Source: Candidatus Methanoperedenaceae archaeon (GTDB taxonomy: Archaea; Halobacteriota; Methanosarcinia; Methanosarcinales; Methanoperedenaceae). From it: a stretch of 64,000 nucleotides of DNA. Shown one piece after another: positions 32,545 to 42,794 of the stretch (the first letter of the stretch is position 1; every line of letters starts with the position of its first letter). The position numbers and the translations under genes were made by a program. The notes below the pieces were generated by a model that made no database searches, was not told the DNA's origin, and worked only from the letters and a program-made list of their open reading frames with translations. The stretch lies in NCBI GenBank assembly GCA_963753595.1, contig CAVWCX010000023.1:87538-151537 (forward strand), given 5' to 3'.

Positions 32545-33360
32545 ATGATAGAAAATATCATCTGGCTGGCGCTTGGATTGCTTGTTATAGCTTCGCTTAT
32601 CCCGCTTCATAATAAGATGAAACTTCCTCTTGCAGGAGTTAGCTGGCTGTTTTTTTCAATACACTGGCTGTTACAGTGGAGGCACTATTATGAGCTGGAA
32701 GATTATGTCAATGTATTCCTTACGATCTTTGCAGCGGTTTTTAGCATTTTCATAGGTTACCTCATGATAAAGAAAGACAAAAGATTGTTTGGGAAGATCA
32801 ATGGAATAGACACCCTGACCTCTATTTCGATGATGACCACAGCGGCAGCAATAGGTGGTCTTTCTTATTTTCTTTTTTCCGAGATACCTTCAATGAATTC
32901 ATGGATAATCTCGACAGTCACAGACCAGACCGTATGGATCGGATCGCTCCTTGGAATAACGATAACAAGGCTTGATTGGAACCTGATAGCAGTGAACGGC
33001 TACAAAGTGGAGATAATCCTTGCATGTACGGCTATTGAAAGTATAGCATTATTTATCGGGATAATAGCAAGTGTCAATGCGCCGGTAAAAAGACTGGCCC
33101 TGGCTTTCGTGATCTCTGTTCCTGTAATATATGGTTTGAATCTTATAAGAAATGTTTTTGTGGTTGATGCTTATGGTATGACATGGTTTGGCGATCCGGA
33201 AATGAGTTTTTATATCGCCCATACCGTGATAGCAAAAATAGGTTCATTGATAGCATTATTCATTGTAGCTTACGCAGTCCTTAAAATACTTCCCGAGATT
33301 ATTGATATGATCGATGGTGTCCTGAACCTTGTAGGAGGAATTTTTAAGAATGATGGCTAG
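32545..33360 (+). CDS. artA: Archaeosortase A
   Basis: Multi-TM protein. IILACTAIESIALF (catalytic Cys), NLIRNVF and AH..IAK.GSL motifs. Confidence 0.92.
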   Translation: MIENIIWLALGLLVIASLIPLHNKMKLPLAGVSWLFFSIHWLLQWRHYYELEDYVNVFLTIFAAVFSIFIGYLMIKKDKRLFGKINGIDTLTSISMMTTAAAIGGLSYFLFSEIPSMNSWIISTVTDQTVWIGSLLGITITRLDWNLIAVNGYKVEIILACTAIESIALFIGIIASVNAPVKRLALAFVISVPVIYGLNLIRNVFVVDAYGMTWFGDPEMSFYIAHTVIAKIGSLIALFIVAYAVLKILPEIIDMIDGVLNLVGGIFKNDG

Positions 33361-33988
33361 AGGTTCTTTTTCATGGATATCGGGAATTTTTCTATTCACG
33401 ATAGGGACATGGGTCGCATCCAGGAACGTAACCGGTTCATTATCATTGATTTTCTTTTTGTTATTCGCTATCGGATTTTTGCTCTCGGTTTTTTTCATTG
33501 TTTTTTTTCGCGACCCGGAACGAATACCCTCAGGAGATGAAGACGATGCAGTCTCGCCAGCTGACGGAAAAGTGATATCTATCCAGCACAGGACGGTCTG
33601 TATTTTTATGAATATCCATAATGTCCATGTGAACCGCGCGCCGCTTTCGGGTATGGTTACCCACATCGATTATAAACCGGGAGGTTATATCCCGGCCTTT
33701 AACAAGGATTCTGATGTAAATGAAAGGAACCATGTTGTTTTTAATACGGCAGCAGGGACTCTTGAATTGACACAGATCGCAGGTATCCTGACACGAAGGA
33801 TAGTCTCTTACATAAGCGAAGGGAATTATGTTAAAAGGGGAGAGCGTATAGGAATGATACGTTTTGGTTCCAGGGTGGATGTCACGATACCGGAAGGATA
33901 TGTTTTTACGGTAAACCTGAATGATAAAGTAAAAGCTGCCGAGACTATAATTGCCAGAAAAAAAGATAAAGTTCAACAAAAGTCATGA
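33350..33988 (+). CDS. psd: Archaetidylserine/phosphatidylserine decarboxylase
   Basis: FFRDPER, SPADG, NVHVNRAP and RFGSRVD motifs. Confidence 0.93.
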   Translation: MMARGSFSWISGIFLFTIGTWVASRNVTGSLSLIFFLLFAIGFLLSVFFIVFFRDPERIPSGDEDDAVSPADGKVISIQHRTVCIFMNIHNVHVNRAPLSGMVTHIDYKPGGYIPAFNKDSDVNERNHVVFNTAAGTLELTQIAGILTRRIVSYISEGNYVKRGERIGMIRFGSRVDVTIPEGYVFTVNLNDKVKAAETIIARKKDKVQQKS

Positions 33989-34012
33989 GATGAAGAAAAT
34001 AAGGGAAAATCT

Positions 34013-34699
34013 ATGGGACAAAATATTCTAAAACTCATTAAACCTGCCGATATCATAACGCTTATCAATGCGTTGATGGGATTTGCTTCAATTATAATGA
34101 CCCTGAAAGGGGAGATAGAATTTGCGCTTGTATTTATCCTTCTTGCGGTAATAGCGGACGGGGCTGACGGCGCAGTTGCCAGGTATTCAGGTTTTGGGGT
34201 CCTTGGCGCTAATCTTGATTCATTATCTGATGTAATATCGTTCGGGGTCGCACCAGCCGTTGTTTCATTCGCTGCACTTTCAAAGCTTGGAAATCTTGCT
34301 CTCGTTTTTCCTGCTTTTTTCATGATTTGCGGCATATTGCGTCTTGCCAGGTTCAATGTTTCTGGTAAAAAGGACGGATTCGAAGGAATTCCCATAACTG
34401 CCGGGGGATTCATAGTAGCATTATTTGTACTGGTAAAGGACATTGTTCCGTATTTTGAATATACTTTTTCAGCGCTTCTTGTTATTTTATCATTATTGAT
34501 GGTAAGCACCATAAGTTACCCCAAAATAAAAAATCCCATTGCCCTTGCGCCAGTGGTAATAGTCCTTGTGTTCAATATTGTAGCGTTTTACCTGGGATTA
34601 ATCGATCTTGTAAAAAAAGGTTCATTGCTCCTGTTTATTCTTATCATGGCATACATTTTAAGTCCCATAGGTGTGAAATTATATGACAGAAATAAATAA
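34013..34699 (+). CDS. pssA: Archaetidylserine synthase (CDP-alcohol phosphatidyltransferase)
   Basis: DGADGAVAR..G..LDSLSDVISFGVAP and RLARFN motifs. Confidence 0.93.
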   Translation: MGQNILKLIKPADIITLINALMGFASIIMTLKGEIEFALVFILLAVIADGADGAVARYSGFGVLGANLDSLSDVISFGVAPAVVSFAALSKLGNLALVFPAFFMICGILRLARFNVSGKKDGFEGIPITAGGFIVALFVLVKDIVPYFEYTFSALLVILSLLMVSTISYPKIKNPIALAPVVIVLVFNIVAFYLGLIDLVKKGSLLLFILIMAYILSPIGVKLYDRNK

Positions 34700-35039
34700 T
34701 CGTGACAGGGCTGTTTTTGAAGCCGGTATAAAGCTCGGGGCATTGTATCACCAATTTGTCGGCACTCCAATAAATACGGAAATGCTTGATGGCCTGTCAA
34801 GGATGATAGAGGAAAGCATAGGAGTCCAGCCTTTTGTAAGAAGTATCAGTGTTACTATAGACAGCGAAATGGTCCATAAAAAACAGAATCCCGGATTCGG
34901 ATATTGTGAACTGGAAGGGCGAATGCTTCATGTAAGTTTACAGGTGCTTTATAAGAATGTGATAGCGCATGCAGAAATGTGTTATGATGAAGAAAAAGAT
35001 TATCCACTTATGAGCATCAAGAAGATCGAGGAAATGTAA
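34683..35039 (+). CDS. mptD: Archaeal dihydroneopterin aldolase
   Basis: FEAGIKLGALYHQFVGTP, GYCEL and YPLM motifs. Confidence 0.9.
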   Translation: MTEINNRDRAVFEAGIKLGALYHQFVGTPINTEMLDGLSRMIEESIGVQPFVRSISVTIDSEMVHKKQNPGFGYCELEGRMLHVSLQVLYKNVIAHAEMCYDEEKDYPLMSIKKIEEM

Positions 35040-35065
35040 GGTTCGTATTGCAGCTCTGCTTTACT

Positions 35066-35428
35066 TCATCGCCAGAATTCCCACCATTTTTTCTTTTCAG
35101 GTTGCGGGGGTGAAAGCATTCTTTGTGTCTGGATATGAAGGACCTGTTCCTGATGGAGCAATTTTAGAAGGTCGTCTATTTTTGCTCTCAGGAAATCTAC
35201 CTCCTGTTTAATTCGTTTCATTTCATCGCTTTCAGATTCCAGATTACTTACACTGCTTTGGCCAGGTTGGCTTTCATCCTCTTCTTTTTTAGCATCTTTT
35301 TTTTCCTTTATATCAAAATATAATTCAAGAGCCTCAATTACAATATCCACTTTAGGCCTGCCACTTTTTTCAATTTTTTCCTGCAGTTCCAAAGGTATCC
35401 TCACATTAAGCTGCTTCTTTTCACCCAT
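35066..35428 (-). CDS. Hypothetical protein: RHH-like N-terminus, coiled coil, KKKWWEFWR tail
   Basis: KQLNVRIP..L..KIE..IV.EALELY is RHH-like, followed by heptad repeats. Confidence 0.65.
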   Translation of the reverse strand: MGEKKQLNVRIPLELQEKIEKSGRPKVDIVIEALELYFDIKEKKDAKKEEDESQPGQSSVSNLESESDEMKRIKQEVDFLRAKIDDLLKLLHQEQVLHIQTQRMLSPPQPEKKKWWEFWR

Positions 35429-35526
35429 GCTTATATAAATGAATATCTATATTATAACTTTTTCTATCAGGATACTGCGTCCAGGCAAAACATAAAAACC
35501 TGAAGAAACGATTAAGTCACATACCC

Positions 35527-36242
35527 ATGCTTAACTTTCAAATTGTGCTTGTTGAACCCATCTACAGCGGAAATGTGGGTTCAGTTGCACGCGTCATGAA
35601 AAATTTTGGATTCAGCGAACTTGTACTTGTAAATCCATGTGATCTTGACATGCCGGCACGCGTTATGTCAGTCCATGCTTATGATATTATCGAGAATGCC
35701 CGAATTGAATTTAATATAAAAGATGCCCTGAAAGGTTCTAATATCATTATCGGAATGACCGGACTTCCAGGGAAAACAGATAATAAACACTTCAGGATCC
35801 CTGCATATAGCCCCAGGCAATTGAAAGAAAAACTATCCGGGAATAATGGAACAATATCGCTTGTTTTTGGAAGGGAAGATGCAGGGCTTCGAAATGAAGA
35901 ACTGGAAATTTGCGATATCATAGTTAATATTCCCACAAGCCCGCTTATTCAAGTATGAACCTGTCTCATGCAGTTGCTGTCGTTCTTTATGAACTGAGCG
36001 ATGTAAAAGGTGGAGATAGGTACATAGCAGATCATTTTGATATTGAACTCCTGTATGAGCATATTGATGAAGTCCTGGATGATATTGAATATAAAGAACA
36101 CAAAGAAGACAAGACAAAGCTTATGCTAAGCAGGATATTAGGACGAGCTGAATTAACAGCACGCGAGGTACAGACCCTTCGCGGGATACTGCGCCGCATC
36201 CAGTGGAAATTAAGGACAGGTGAATATGGGAAATCCGATTAA
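35527..36242 (+). CDS. trmJ: SPOUT tRNA methyltransferase TrmJ family (frameshift near 35941)
   Basis: VLVEP..GNVG.VAR.MKNFG, VFGRED.GL and NLSHAV motifs. One base is missing in the CCC run. Confidence 0.85.
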
Positions 36243-37728
36243 ATTTGTAATTGGTTGCTTTTTTGGCAAGAAACCAAGAATCGCACAAAGCCAGTTCATC
36301 AAACCTTCCGAACTTAAAGGTGACATAAAATTAGGTGAGTTTGTTCCCTTCTTCATAGTTGCATCAATAGAAGTCGGGAATACTACTACCAAATGCATCC
36401 TGACAGCTACGAATATGAAAGACGGGCACACGCGTGTTTTGAACAAGACCGTAAAAATGACCCGCGACGTAAGAAAACCAAAACCCAACGAAAGGATTTT
36501 TGGCTCGACCCTTAGCGGAGTATCATTGACCAGGGAATCGATCGCAGAACTTGTCCGGGACACGCTCATTGAAGCTCATGGGGAGGTGAATCTTGATATC
36601 ACGACAGACCTCGATTTCGCTGTAAGGTCAACAGGCGTGGTAGCAGGTTTTTCATCTCCGCATGAAGTCGGGGAATTCATAAAAGCGCTTGCAGACGGGT
36701 GCCTGCTCGCAGGGATCCCGCCAAAAAAGATGGTGCCTGCCATGTCCATCGATAATATCCCGCCAAAATTCAAAGACAACACGCTGATCGAGAAGATCGT
36801 ATTTACAGGAGCTGTTGGGGGTGTTCTTCCTCCGGTTGGTTCGACTGGCGTTGAGATCGTTGCAAATGAAATGGAAGGAGAACTTGCAACAGCCGGTATT
36901 AAAGAAGGCGCCAAATGGTCCGGGGTGGATTTCAGGAACCCTGTTTTTTCAATGGATTTCGGGACAACCCTTAAAGGACGCATTACCAACGATGAAATAC
37001 CTTATGCAAGAACCATTGCCAATCTTTGCGGGTTTGCCGGCGCCATTCCCGATGCTGTCATAAAAGGAACCGGTCTTGTGGATAAGAGATACGGCGCTGC
37101 GCTTGATCTTTTCAAAGACGGTAAAGAACGTATGATCTGGCTTTCAAAAGGAAGCTTTATCAGGAAATATGCAGACGAGATACTTTCCAGGGTCAAAATT
37201 GAGATCGTACCTGAAAATGTGAACAGGTATGGGAGCGTCCCGGTTGACCCTGCTGCGGCAAAAGAGATCGGTGTGATCCTTATAGGATGCGATGTCGGGG
37301 AGAACGGAAGTCTTCTGCCTGAATTGACAGATATTGGCTCTGAATTATACACAAAACATGGGTTAAAAACAATGTTTGCAACTCTTGACCTCGTATCTGC
37401 AAAGATGGTTGGACGCATCGTGAACCTGGCCATCGAACATAAGCTTGTAACAGGAAAAACCTCTATTGGCCTGACAGGAAGGGCTGCTATTACAGGCTGC
37501 AAACCTTACTTGATATTGAAAAGCATTGAAAAACTCGGGTTTTTTGAAGAACCCAGGGAACATGTGGTGTTCGTGGATGATGGTCTTGCCCGCGGTGCCG
37601 CTGTCATGGCACGCTGCATGAACTCCATGGGAGTCCCGAAAAACCCCATCGGAGGCGTAAGAGGCGGTAGATGTGTACTGAAACAACGTATTGAATATTA
37701 TGAAAGATCAAAAGAGAGGAACGTATGA
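36226..37728 (+). CDS. Methanogenesis marker 14 protein
   Basis: IVASIEVGNTTTKCIL, NEMEGEL, DFGTT and DDGLARGAAVMARCMNS motifs. Confidence 0.88.
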   Translation: MGNPIKFVIGCFFGKKPRIAQSQFIKPSELKGDIKLGEFVPFFIVASIEVGNTTTKCILTATNMKDGHTRVLNKTVKMTRDVRKPKPNERIFGSTLSGVSLTRESIAELVRDTLIEAHGEVNLDITTDLDFAVRSTGVVAGFSSPHEVGEFIKALADGCLLAGIPPKKMVPAMSIDNIPPKFKDNTLIEKIVFTGAVGGVLPPVGSTGVEIVANEMEGELATAGIKEGAKWSGVDFRNPVFSMDFGTTLKGRITNDEIPYARTIANLCGFAGAIPDAVIKGTGLVDKRYGAALDLFKDGKERMIWLSKGSFIRKYADEILSRVKIEIVPENVNRYGSVPVDPAAAKEIGVILIGCDVGENGSLLPELTDIGSELYTKHGLKTMFATLDLVSAKMVGRIVNLAIEHKLVTGKTSIGLTGRAAITGCKPYLILKSIEKLGFFEEPREHVVFVDDGLARGAAVMARCMNSMGVPKNPIGGVRGGRCVLKQRIEYYERSKERNV

Positions 37729-38177
37729 AAGCACTTTTTATGATGGGATGCCCTGAACTGCCCGTTCAGACAGCAGCGGCATTGTACATAGCAAATAAAT
37801 TGAATAAGGAGGGAATAGAAGTCACTTGCGCAGGAAATAAAGCTGCTATAAGCCTCCTTCTTAATTCTGATCCTGAAAAACATTATATTAAAAAAGTAAT
37901 GGATCTTGACAGATGCATCGGCGCTCTTGCTGAAAAGACAATTGATTTTGATCTTTGTTTTGTTTTTATACACAGCGATAGCGGGATCTCATATCTGGCG
38001 ACAATTAAATCAATTTCAAAAGCAAAGACCATTGCAGTAATTTTTGGAAAAGAGATAGAACCCCTCATCGAAGCAAGCGGGGATTCTATCATCATTGCCG
38101 CAAAAGCGGTTCATAACCCGACGCCGCTTCGGGCACAGATAGACGGGGTGAAGTCATGGGCTGCGTTGAGGACATGA
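37725..38177 (+). CDS. DUF1890 family protein
   Basis: GCPE.PVQ, SDPEKHY and AVHNP motifs. Confidence 0.8.
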   Translation: MKALFMMGCPELPVQTAAALYIANKLNKEGIEVTCAGNKAAISLLLNSDPEKHYIKKVMDLDRCIGALAEKTIDFDLCFVFIHSDSGISYLATIKSISKAKTIAVIFGKEIEPLIEASGDSIIIAAKAVHNPTPLRAQIDGVKSWAALRT

Positions 38178-38428
38178 ATTATGATATATTGCTTCCGAAC
38201 AGCTCTTTTAAGGAATGTGCGGAGTACATAAAGAAAAATTTCAAGGAAATTTATTATGTGCCTGCGGGTTACAAGATATTTGACAATTATCTTGTAGGAG
38301 TCCCGCCGATACCGATAGCTGTTGATAATGATAATATTATCATGCCTTATGTGAAGCCCTGCCACGGGTGTTTTGTGCTGAGGATACCGGGAAAGGAAGA
38401 AATTGAGGTCTTGAAGGCTAACAAATGA
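38156..38428 (+). CDS. DUF1894 family protein
   Basis: CVEDMNYDIL, G.PPIPI and PYVKPCHG motifs. Confidence 0.8.
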   Translation: MGCVEDMNYDILLPNSSFKECAEYIKKNFKEIYYVPAGYKIFDNYLVGVPPIPIAVDNDNIIMPYVKPCHGCFVLRIPGKEEIEVLKANK

Positions 38429-38659
38429 ATAACTATCAGCTCGCGTTAGCCGTAAGAATTATCCAGATACATGAAATAACATTGTCTAATTATTTAAATC
38501 TGGTCGAAAATACGAAATCTCGGTTATAATTCTATTGCAGTAAATTCTTAACCCAAACTATTCTTTTATAACTGACCAATCCAGTTTCACAAAAACCGTC
38601 GCTCTCCGGAAAAAATCTATAAATGTTTATCGAGATAGCGAAGCTCCGGGTAAAAGTAA

Positions 38660-38828
38660 GGAGTCATTTCTTGAGGGAAATAAATTGGTGTTTTTCGTGA
38701 AATTTCTATTTTTTTTATTTCATCTGAAAGCTTAGATCATCTTCTTCAAAATATATCTTTATTTGATGTAAATCTTTTTTAATTGATACCAGATCTTTAT
38801 GAATTTCTTTCAGAGTAACTTCAGCCAT
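38660..38828 (-). pseudogene. Degenerate small antitoxin-like gene
   Basis: ATG 38828 gives MAEVTLKEIHKDLVSIKKDLHQIKIYFEEDDL, then after a frameshift LSDEIKKIEISRKTP. Family assignment is from pattern resemblance only. Confidence 0.35.
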
Positions 38829-38877
38829 ATTAATCAATTGAATTGTAGGTTTTGTTATATAAAAGGATTTCCAAATA

Positions 38878-39546
38878 TTACCCGCCTTTTGGCAAGAACG
38901 GCATCAGCCAATCCATGAATGAGTTCATGCTCCTTGTTTGCAGATAAAGAGTCCCTGTTCCCCGAAACTCAGCTACAAGCCCTTCTCCGCTAAATATTGT
39001 TGATTTGAGGCCGCCAACTCTTTTAACAGTATAATCCAATCCTTCAGTGAAAGCCACCATATGACCGGTATCAATAGTGAATGGCTCTCCAGTCAGTTTG
39101 ACTTCGTGTATCGCGCCGAAACTGGAAATGAAAGCATCACCGGTGCCCGCCATCTTCAGGAGAAATAAACCTTCGCGTGAGAAAAATGATTTTGCTCCAC
39201 CCCATTTGGTATCAAGGCTCACCTCAGGGGATGAGGCTATATAACTTCCATTCTGGACAAAAAGCGTCTCCCCATTTAACCTGTGATGGGCGATATCTCC
39301 CTGGTATGGAGGCGCAAGTCCCACGATGCCTTTTGATTTTGCGGTGAACGTGTTGGTGAAGAAAGACTCACCTCCAAGTAAACCCCTGGTAAGCGCTCCG
39401 AATACGCCGCCTTTTGCTTTTGTTGCGATCTCGATCCCTGGCGACATATATACCATAGCGCCTGATTCTGCTTCGATACGTTCTCCTGCTTCAAGCTTTA
39501 CCTCAAGCAAGGTATAAGCCGGTTTATACATTATTTCATGCTGCAT
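38878..39546 (-). CDS. TIGR00266/AIM24 family protein
   Basis: AESGAM, GGESFF, EGLF, IDTGHMVAF and SGEGLV..F.G.G.LYLQTR motifs. Confidence 0.9.
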   Translation of the reverse strand: MQHEIMYKPAYTLLEVKLEAGERIEAESGAMVYMSPGIEIATKAKGGVFGALTRGLLGGESFFTNTFTAKSKGIVGLAPPYQGDIAHHRLNGETLFVQNGSYIASSPEVSLDTKWGGAKSFFSREGLFLLKMAGTGDAFISSFGAIHEVKLTGEPFTIDTGHMVAFTEGLDYTVKRVGGLKSTIFSGEGLVAEFRGTGTLYLQTRSMNSFMDWLMPFLPKGG

Positions 39547-39549
39547 AAT

Positions 39550-40788
39550 TTACACGAACATTCCTGCTACTTCTTCTTTTGATTCTTTTATGATCATCTT
39601 ATTGAAGGAATCCTTGAAGTCCTGCATGGTGACAGCCTTTCCTTTCCTTCGTATCACGAACATGCCGGCTTCCGTGACAATCGCTTTCAATTCGGCTCCG
39701 CTTAGTCCATCCGTCATTACAACAAGCTCATCAATATCAACATCCTCAAGTTTCATGTTCCTTGTGTGGATCTTTAATATTTCTTTCCTTCCTTCTGCAT
39801 CAGGCGATGGTATCTCAATAATCCTGTCAAACCTCCCGGGTCTTAAAAGAGCGGGATCAAGAAGATCGATACGATTTGTCGCGGCTACTATTTTTACATC
39901 CCCGCGTGCATCAAACCCATCAAGTTCAGCAAGTAACTGCACCATTGTCCTGTTCACTTCGGATGAACCCGTAGTGCCGTCATAAGTCCTTCTGCTTCCC
40001 ACTGAATCGATCTCATCAATAAAAACAATACTGGGCGCTTTCTCCCTTGCCATTTCAAAAACATCTCTTACAAGCCTTGCGCCTTCACCGATATATTTCT
40101 GGACAAGCTCGCTTCCGCTCATCCTGATAAAAGTAGCCTTTGCCCTGTGAGCAACGGCTTTTGCAACAAGCGTCTTGCCATTCCCAGGCGGGCCATAAAG
40201 CATAATGCCATGTGGCGGCTCAACCCCGACATCAATAAACAGTTCAGGGCTAGTCAGGGGAAGCTCAAGAGTCTCAATGACTTCATCTATCTGTTTTTTC
40301 AACCCGCCGATCATATCGTAATCGATATTCGGGCTTTCAATAAGTTCCATGACCCGCGCTCTTACATCGACTGATTTTGATAATACCCTTACGATCGCAA
40401 GATTTCCGGTGACTGCAACACGAGCTCCGGATTCAATATTGGGCAGAATATCATCCGGGATCTTTGTAACAACTTCCTGGTTGCTGCCGTGCTGTCTTAA
40501 TAATGCCATATCGCCAAGGATCTCGACAACGCTGCATATAAATAGAGGCGGCTTTTTCAATTGTTCTATCTGCGTCTGGTATTCCTGGATAGTCTGGACG
40601 TATTTATTGTTCAGGACCGCTGCCTCAAGAAGCCTGGAATGCATGTCTTTGACCTGGCCCTTCATCATTTGAACGGTTTCCTGCAACTCAGCTATTTGAT
40701 TATCAGCATCTTTATTTATTGCCCCCCCGGCAACCGGGGATTTTGCTATCGCATCATTCATATATGCTATAGTGTTGACTATTAGCAT
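39550..40788 (-). CDS. pan: Proteasome-activating nucleotidase (start may be slightly downstream)
   Basis: Coiled coil and OB domain, GPPGNGKT, FIDEID, LLRPGRFDR, C-terminal MFV. Confidence 0.93.
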   Translation of the reverse strand: MLIVNTIAYMNDAIAKSPVAGGAINKDADNQIAELQETVQMMKGQVKDMHSRLLEAAVLNNKYVQTIQEYQTQIEQLKKPPLFICSVVEILGDMALLRQHGSNQEVVTKIPDDILPNIESGARVAVTGNLAIVRVLSKSVDVRARVMELIESPNIDYDMIGGLKKQIDEVIETLELPLTSPELFIDVGVEPPHGIMLYGPPGNGKTLVAKAVAHRAKATFIRMSGSELVQKYIGEGARLVRDVFEMAREKAPSIVFIDEIDSVGSRRTYDGTTGSSEVNRTMVQLLAELDGFDARGDVKIVAATNRIDLLDPALLRPGRFDRIIEIPSPDAEGRKEILKIHTRNMKLEDVDIDELVVMTDGLSGAELKAIVTEAGMFVIRRKGKAVTMQDFKDSFNKMIIKESKEEVAGMFV

Positions 40789-40840
40789 ATATATTTTAGG
40801 TGCATAGATTTATTATCTTCCAGCTAAATTAATCGGTTCC

Positions 40841-41380
40841 ATGAAGCTCATTGCATTTGTCGGAATGCCCGCATCGGGAAAATCAGAAGCTGCGGCTATA
40901 GCGCGAAAGCTTGGAATTCCTGTTGTCAATATGGGGGATGTTGTAAGGGAAGAAACAGCAAGACGGGGCCTGGCCCCAACAGATGAAAACATCGGGGGCA
41001 CGGGAACTTCCCTTCGAAAAGTTGAAGGGATGGATGTGATCGCAAAACGATGTGTCCCGAAAATACGCCTGATCAAGACGCCTGTTGTCGTAGTGGATGG
41101 GACACGGAATATTAATGAAATAGAATATTTTAAAAAACAATTCGGTAATGAGTTCAGACTCATTGCTATTAATACACCTTTTGAAATCCGGTTCGAGAGG
41201 GTAAGAAAGCGCGCCCGGTCTGATGATATGAATAGCATGGAGGAACTAAAAAGGCGGGATGAAAGGGAAAAAGGATGGGGACTGGATAAGGCCATAGAAA
41301 AAGCAGATATCACTATCGATAACACTGGAACTATCGAAAAATTCCAGAATCAAATTGAACAATTACTGGGAAAAATATGA
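40841..41380 (+). CDS. Archaeal dephospho-CoA kinase-like P-loop nucleotide kinase (UPF0200)
   Basis: GMPASGKS, MGDVVRE, VVVDGTR and R.RSDD..RD.RE.GWG motifs. Confidence 0.82.
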   Translation: MKLIAFVGMPASGKSEAAAIARKLGIPVVNMGDVVREETARRGLAPTDENIGGTGTSLRKVEGMDVIAKRCVPKIRLIKTPVVVVDGTRNINEIEYFKKQFGNEFRLIAINTPFEIRFERVRKRARSDDMNSMEELKRRDEREKGWGLDKAIEKADITIDNTGTIEKFQNQIEQLLGKI

Positions 41381-41814
41381 ATGCATCAGGAATAAAAATC
41401 CCAGCAATATCAGTAAAGATTTCAGCAATTGTCAATCCAACTGAATTGCAGGAAAAAGTTGAGAATGCAATATCGAATTTTTTCCCGGTTGAGCTCAAGC
41501 TTCAGGATGAAGTGACAACCGGCGAGGGCGATCTTGAAAGCTTGAGGACACTGCATTTGCGTTTGAGAGAAGAACGGATACTTGATACTGCTCGAAAGAT
41601 CTTATTAAATGGAATAACGGACGATACTACACGATTCCGATTGAACAAACAGGTTGCTTCTATAGGCAAATTGAATTTCCCTGTCGGGGAAGAAAGCCTG
41701 GGTTCTATACATGTGGAAATATCGGCGCAAAATTTGAGTGAACTCTTTTTAGTCATCGACTGGCTTGCTCCCGAGACTATTGATGGCAAACCTGTTACGG
41801 AGATCGATCTGTAA
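41377..41814 (+). CDS. UPF0201 putative RNA-binding protein
   Basis: VNPTE..KV..AI.N, ILDTAR, LNKQVA and WLAP.T.DGKP motifs. Confidence 0.85.
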   Translation: MNASGIKIPAISVKISAIVNPTELQEKVENAISNFFPVELKLQDEVTTGEGDLESLRTLHLRLREERILDTARKILLNGITDDTTRFRLNKQVASIGKLNFPVGEESLGSIHVEISAQNLSELFLVIDWLAPETIDGKPVTEIDL

Positions 41815-42794
41815 TGGGTTTCCAGGAATACATTGCAGCAAGGGAATTCCTGGGAACCGTCGGGCAGCCGGTGATCGCATATATTCTTATAATATCGTTA
41901 TTCCAGGGACTATTTTCAATTCTTTACTTAATTAAAAAGAATAGCAAATATTATGATTATATTATAAAATGCCTGTATATTTCAACGGGGCTTTATTTTA
42001 TCGGCTTTTTGATGCTGGCATGGTTCCACATTCAGATATACAATACTGTTTTGATCGAGTATCCGCCTGCATTAGGGCTCCCGGTTGAAAACAGCCGGAT
42101 CGCTGCCCCCCTCTGGATAGAATCGGAAAAACTGTACTTCTGGGCCATGTGCGCATCGGCATTTGCCCTGACCGTGACGAAAAGAAAAGATGTAATGTCT
42201 TTTCTTGCGATCATAGTATCAATTTTTTCAGTTATCGTATATTTTTTCTCAAACCCGTTCGAAAACCCGCTTCCGGTATTAAATGGTGAAATAACGCGGT
42301 GGTATGCGGCGCTTCCCTATAGTGATATGAGGATTTTCGAGATGGCAGGAACACTCTTTGGCCGAGTGACATATTATTATAATTCAACGTATATGTGGAC
42401 GCATCCACCAATGCTGTTTATTGCATACGCATCTCTTATCATCACTTTTGCTGCATGTGTTTATATGCTGGTCAATAAGGATAAGCTATATGATGAAATC
42501 GCTTACCGTTATGCAAAGATCGGTTATATTCTTCTCACAACCGGGATGCTTATCGGATATCCCTGGGCTATCGAAGCATGGAAGGACAGCGCATGGTGGT
42601 GGGACCCAAAAATAAGCGGTTCAATAATGATGTGGGTGCTTTACAGCGCATACCTGCATTCCCGTATTTATGCCAGCAAAGATAAAATGTGGAAAACTAC
42701 TGCATATCTTGGTATAATCTGTTTTGCATCTTTGATATTCACCTATCTTCTTACGTATATTGTCCCCGGTATCCATTCGGTGGTGCAGCCATGA
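41814..42794 (+). CDS. Cytochrome c maturation heme lyase subunit (CcmF N-terminal/CcsA-type WWD domain)
   Basis: Multi-TM protein. HPP, WA...WWWDP (WWD motif), AYLH and C-terminal GIHS. Confidence 0.82.
   Translation: MGFQEYIAAREFLGTVGQPVIAYILIISLFQGLFSILYLIKKNSKYYDYIIKCLYISTGLYFIGFLMLAWFHIQIYNTVLIEYPPALGLPVENSRIAAPLWIESEKLYFWAMCASAFALTVTKRKDVMSFLAIIVSIFSVIVYFFSNPFENPLPVLNGEITRWYAALPYSDMRIFEMAGTLFGRVTYYYNSTYMWTHPPMLFIAYASLIITFAACVYMLVNKDKLYDEIAYRYAKIGYILLTTGMLIGYPWAIEAWKDSAWWWDPKISGSIMMWVLYSAYLHSRIYASKDKMWKTTAYLGIICFASLIFTYLLTYIVPGIHSVVQP

Noticed and set aside
38416-38451. GGCTAAC...GTTAGCC inverted repeat as an attC site
   Set aside because: At 36 bp it is too short, lacks inner L boxes, and overlaps a conserved gene end.
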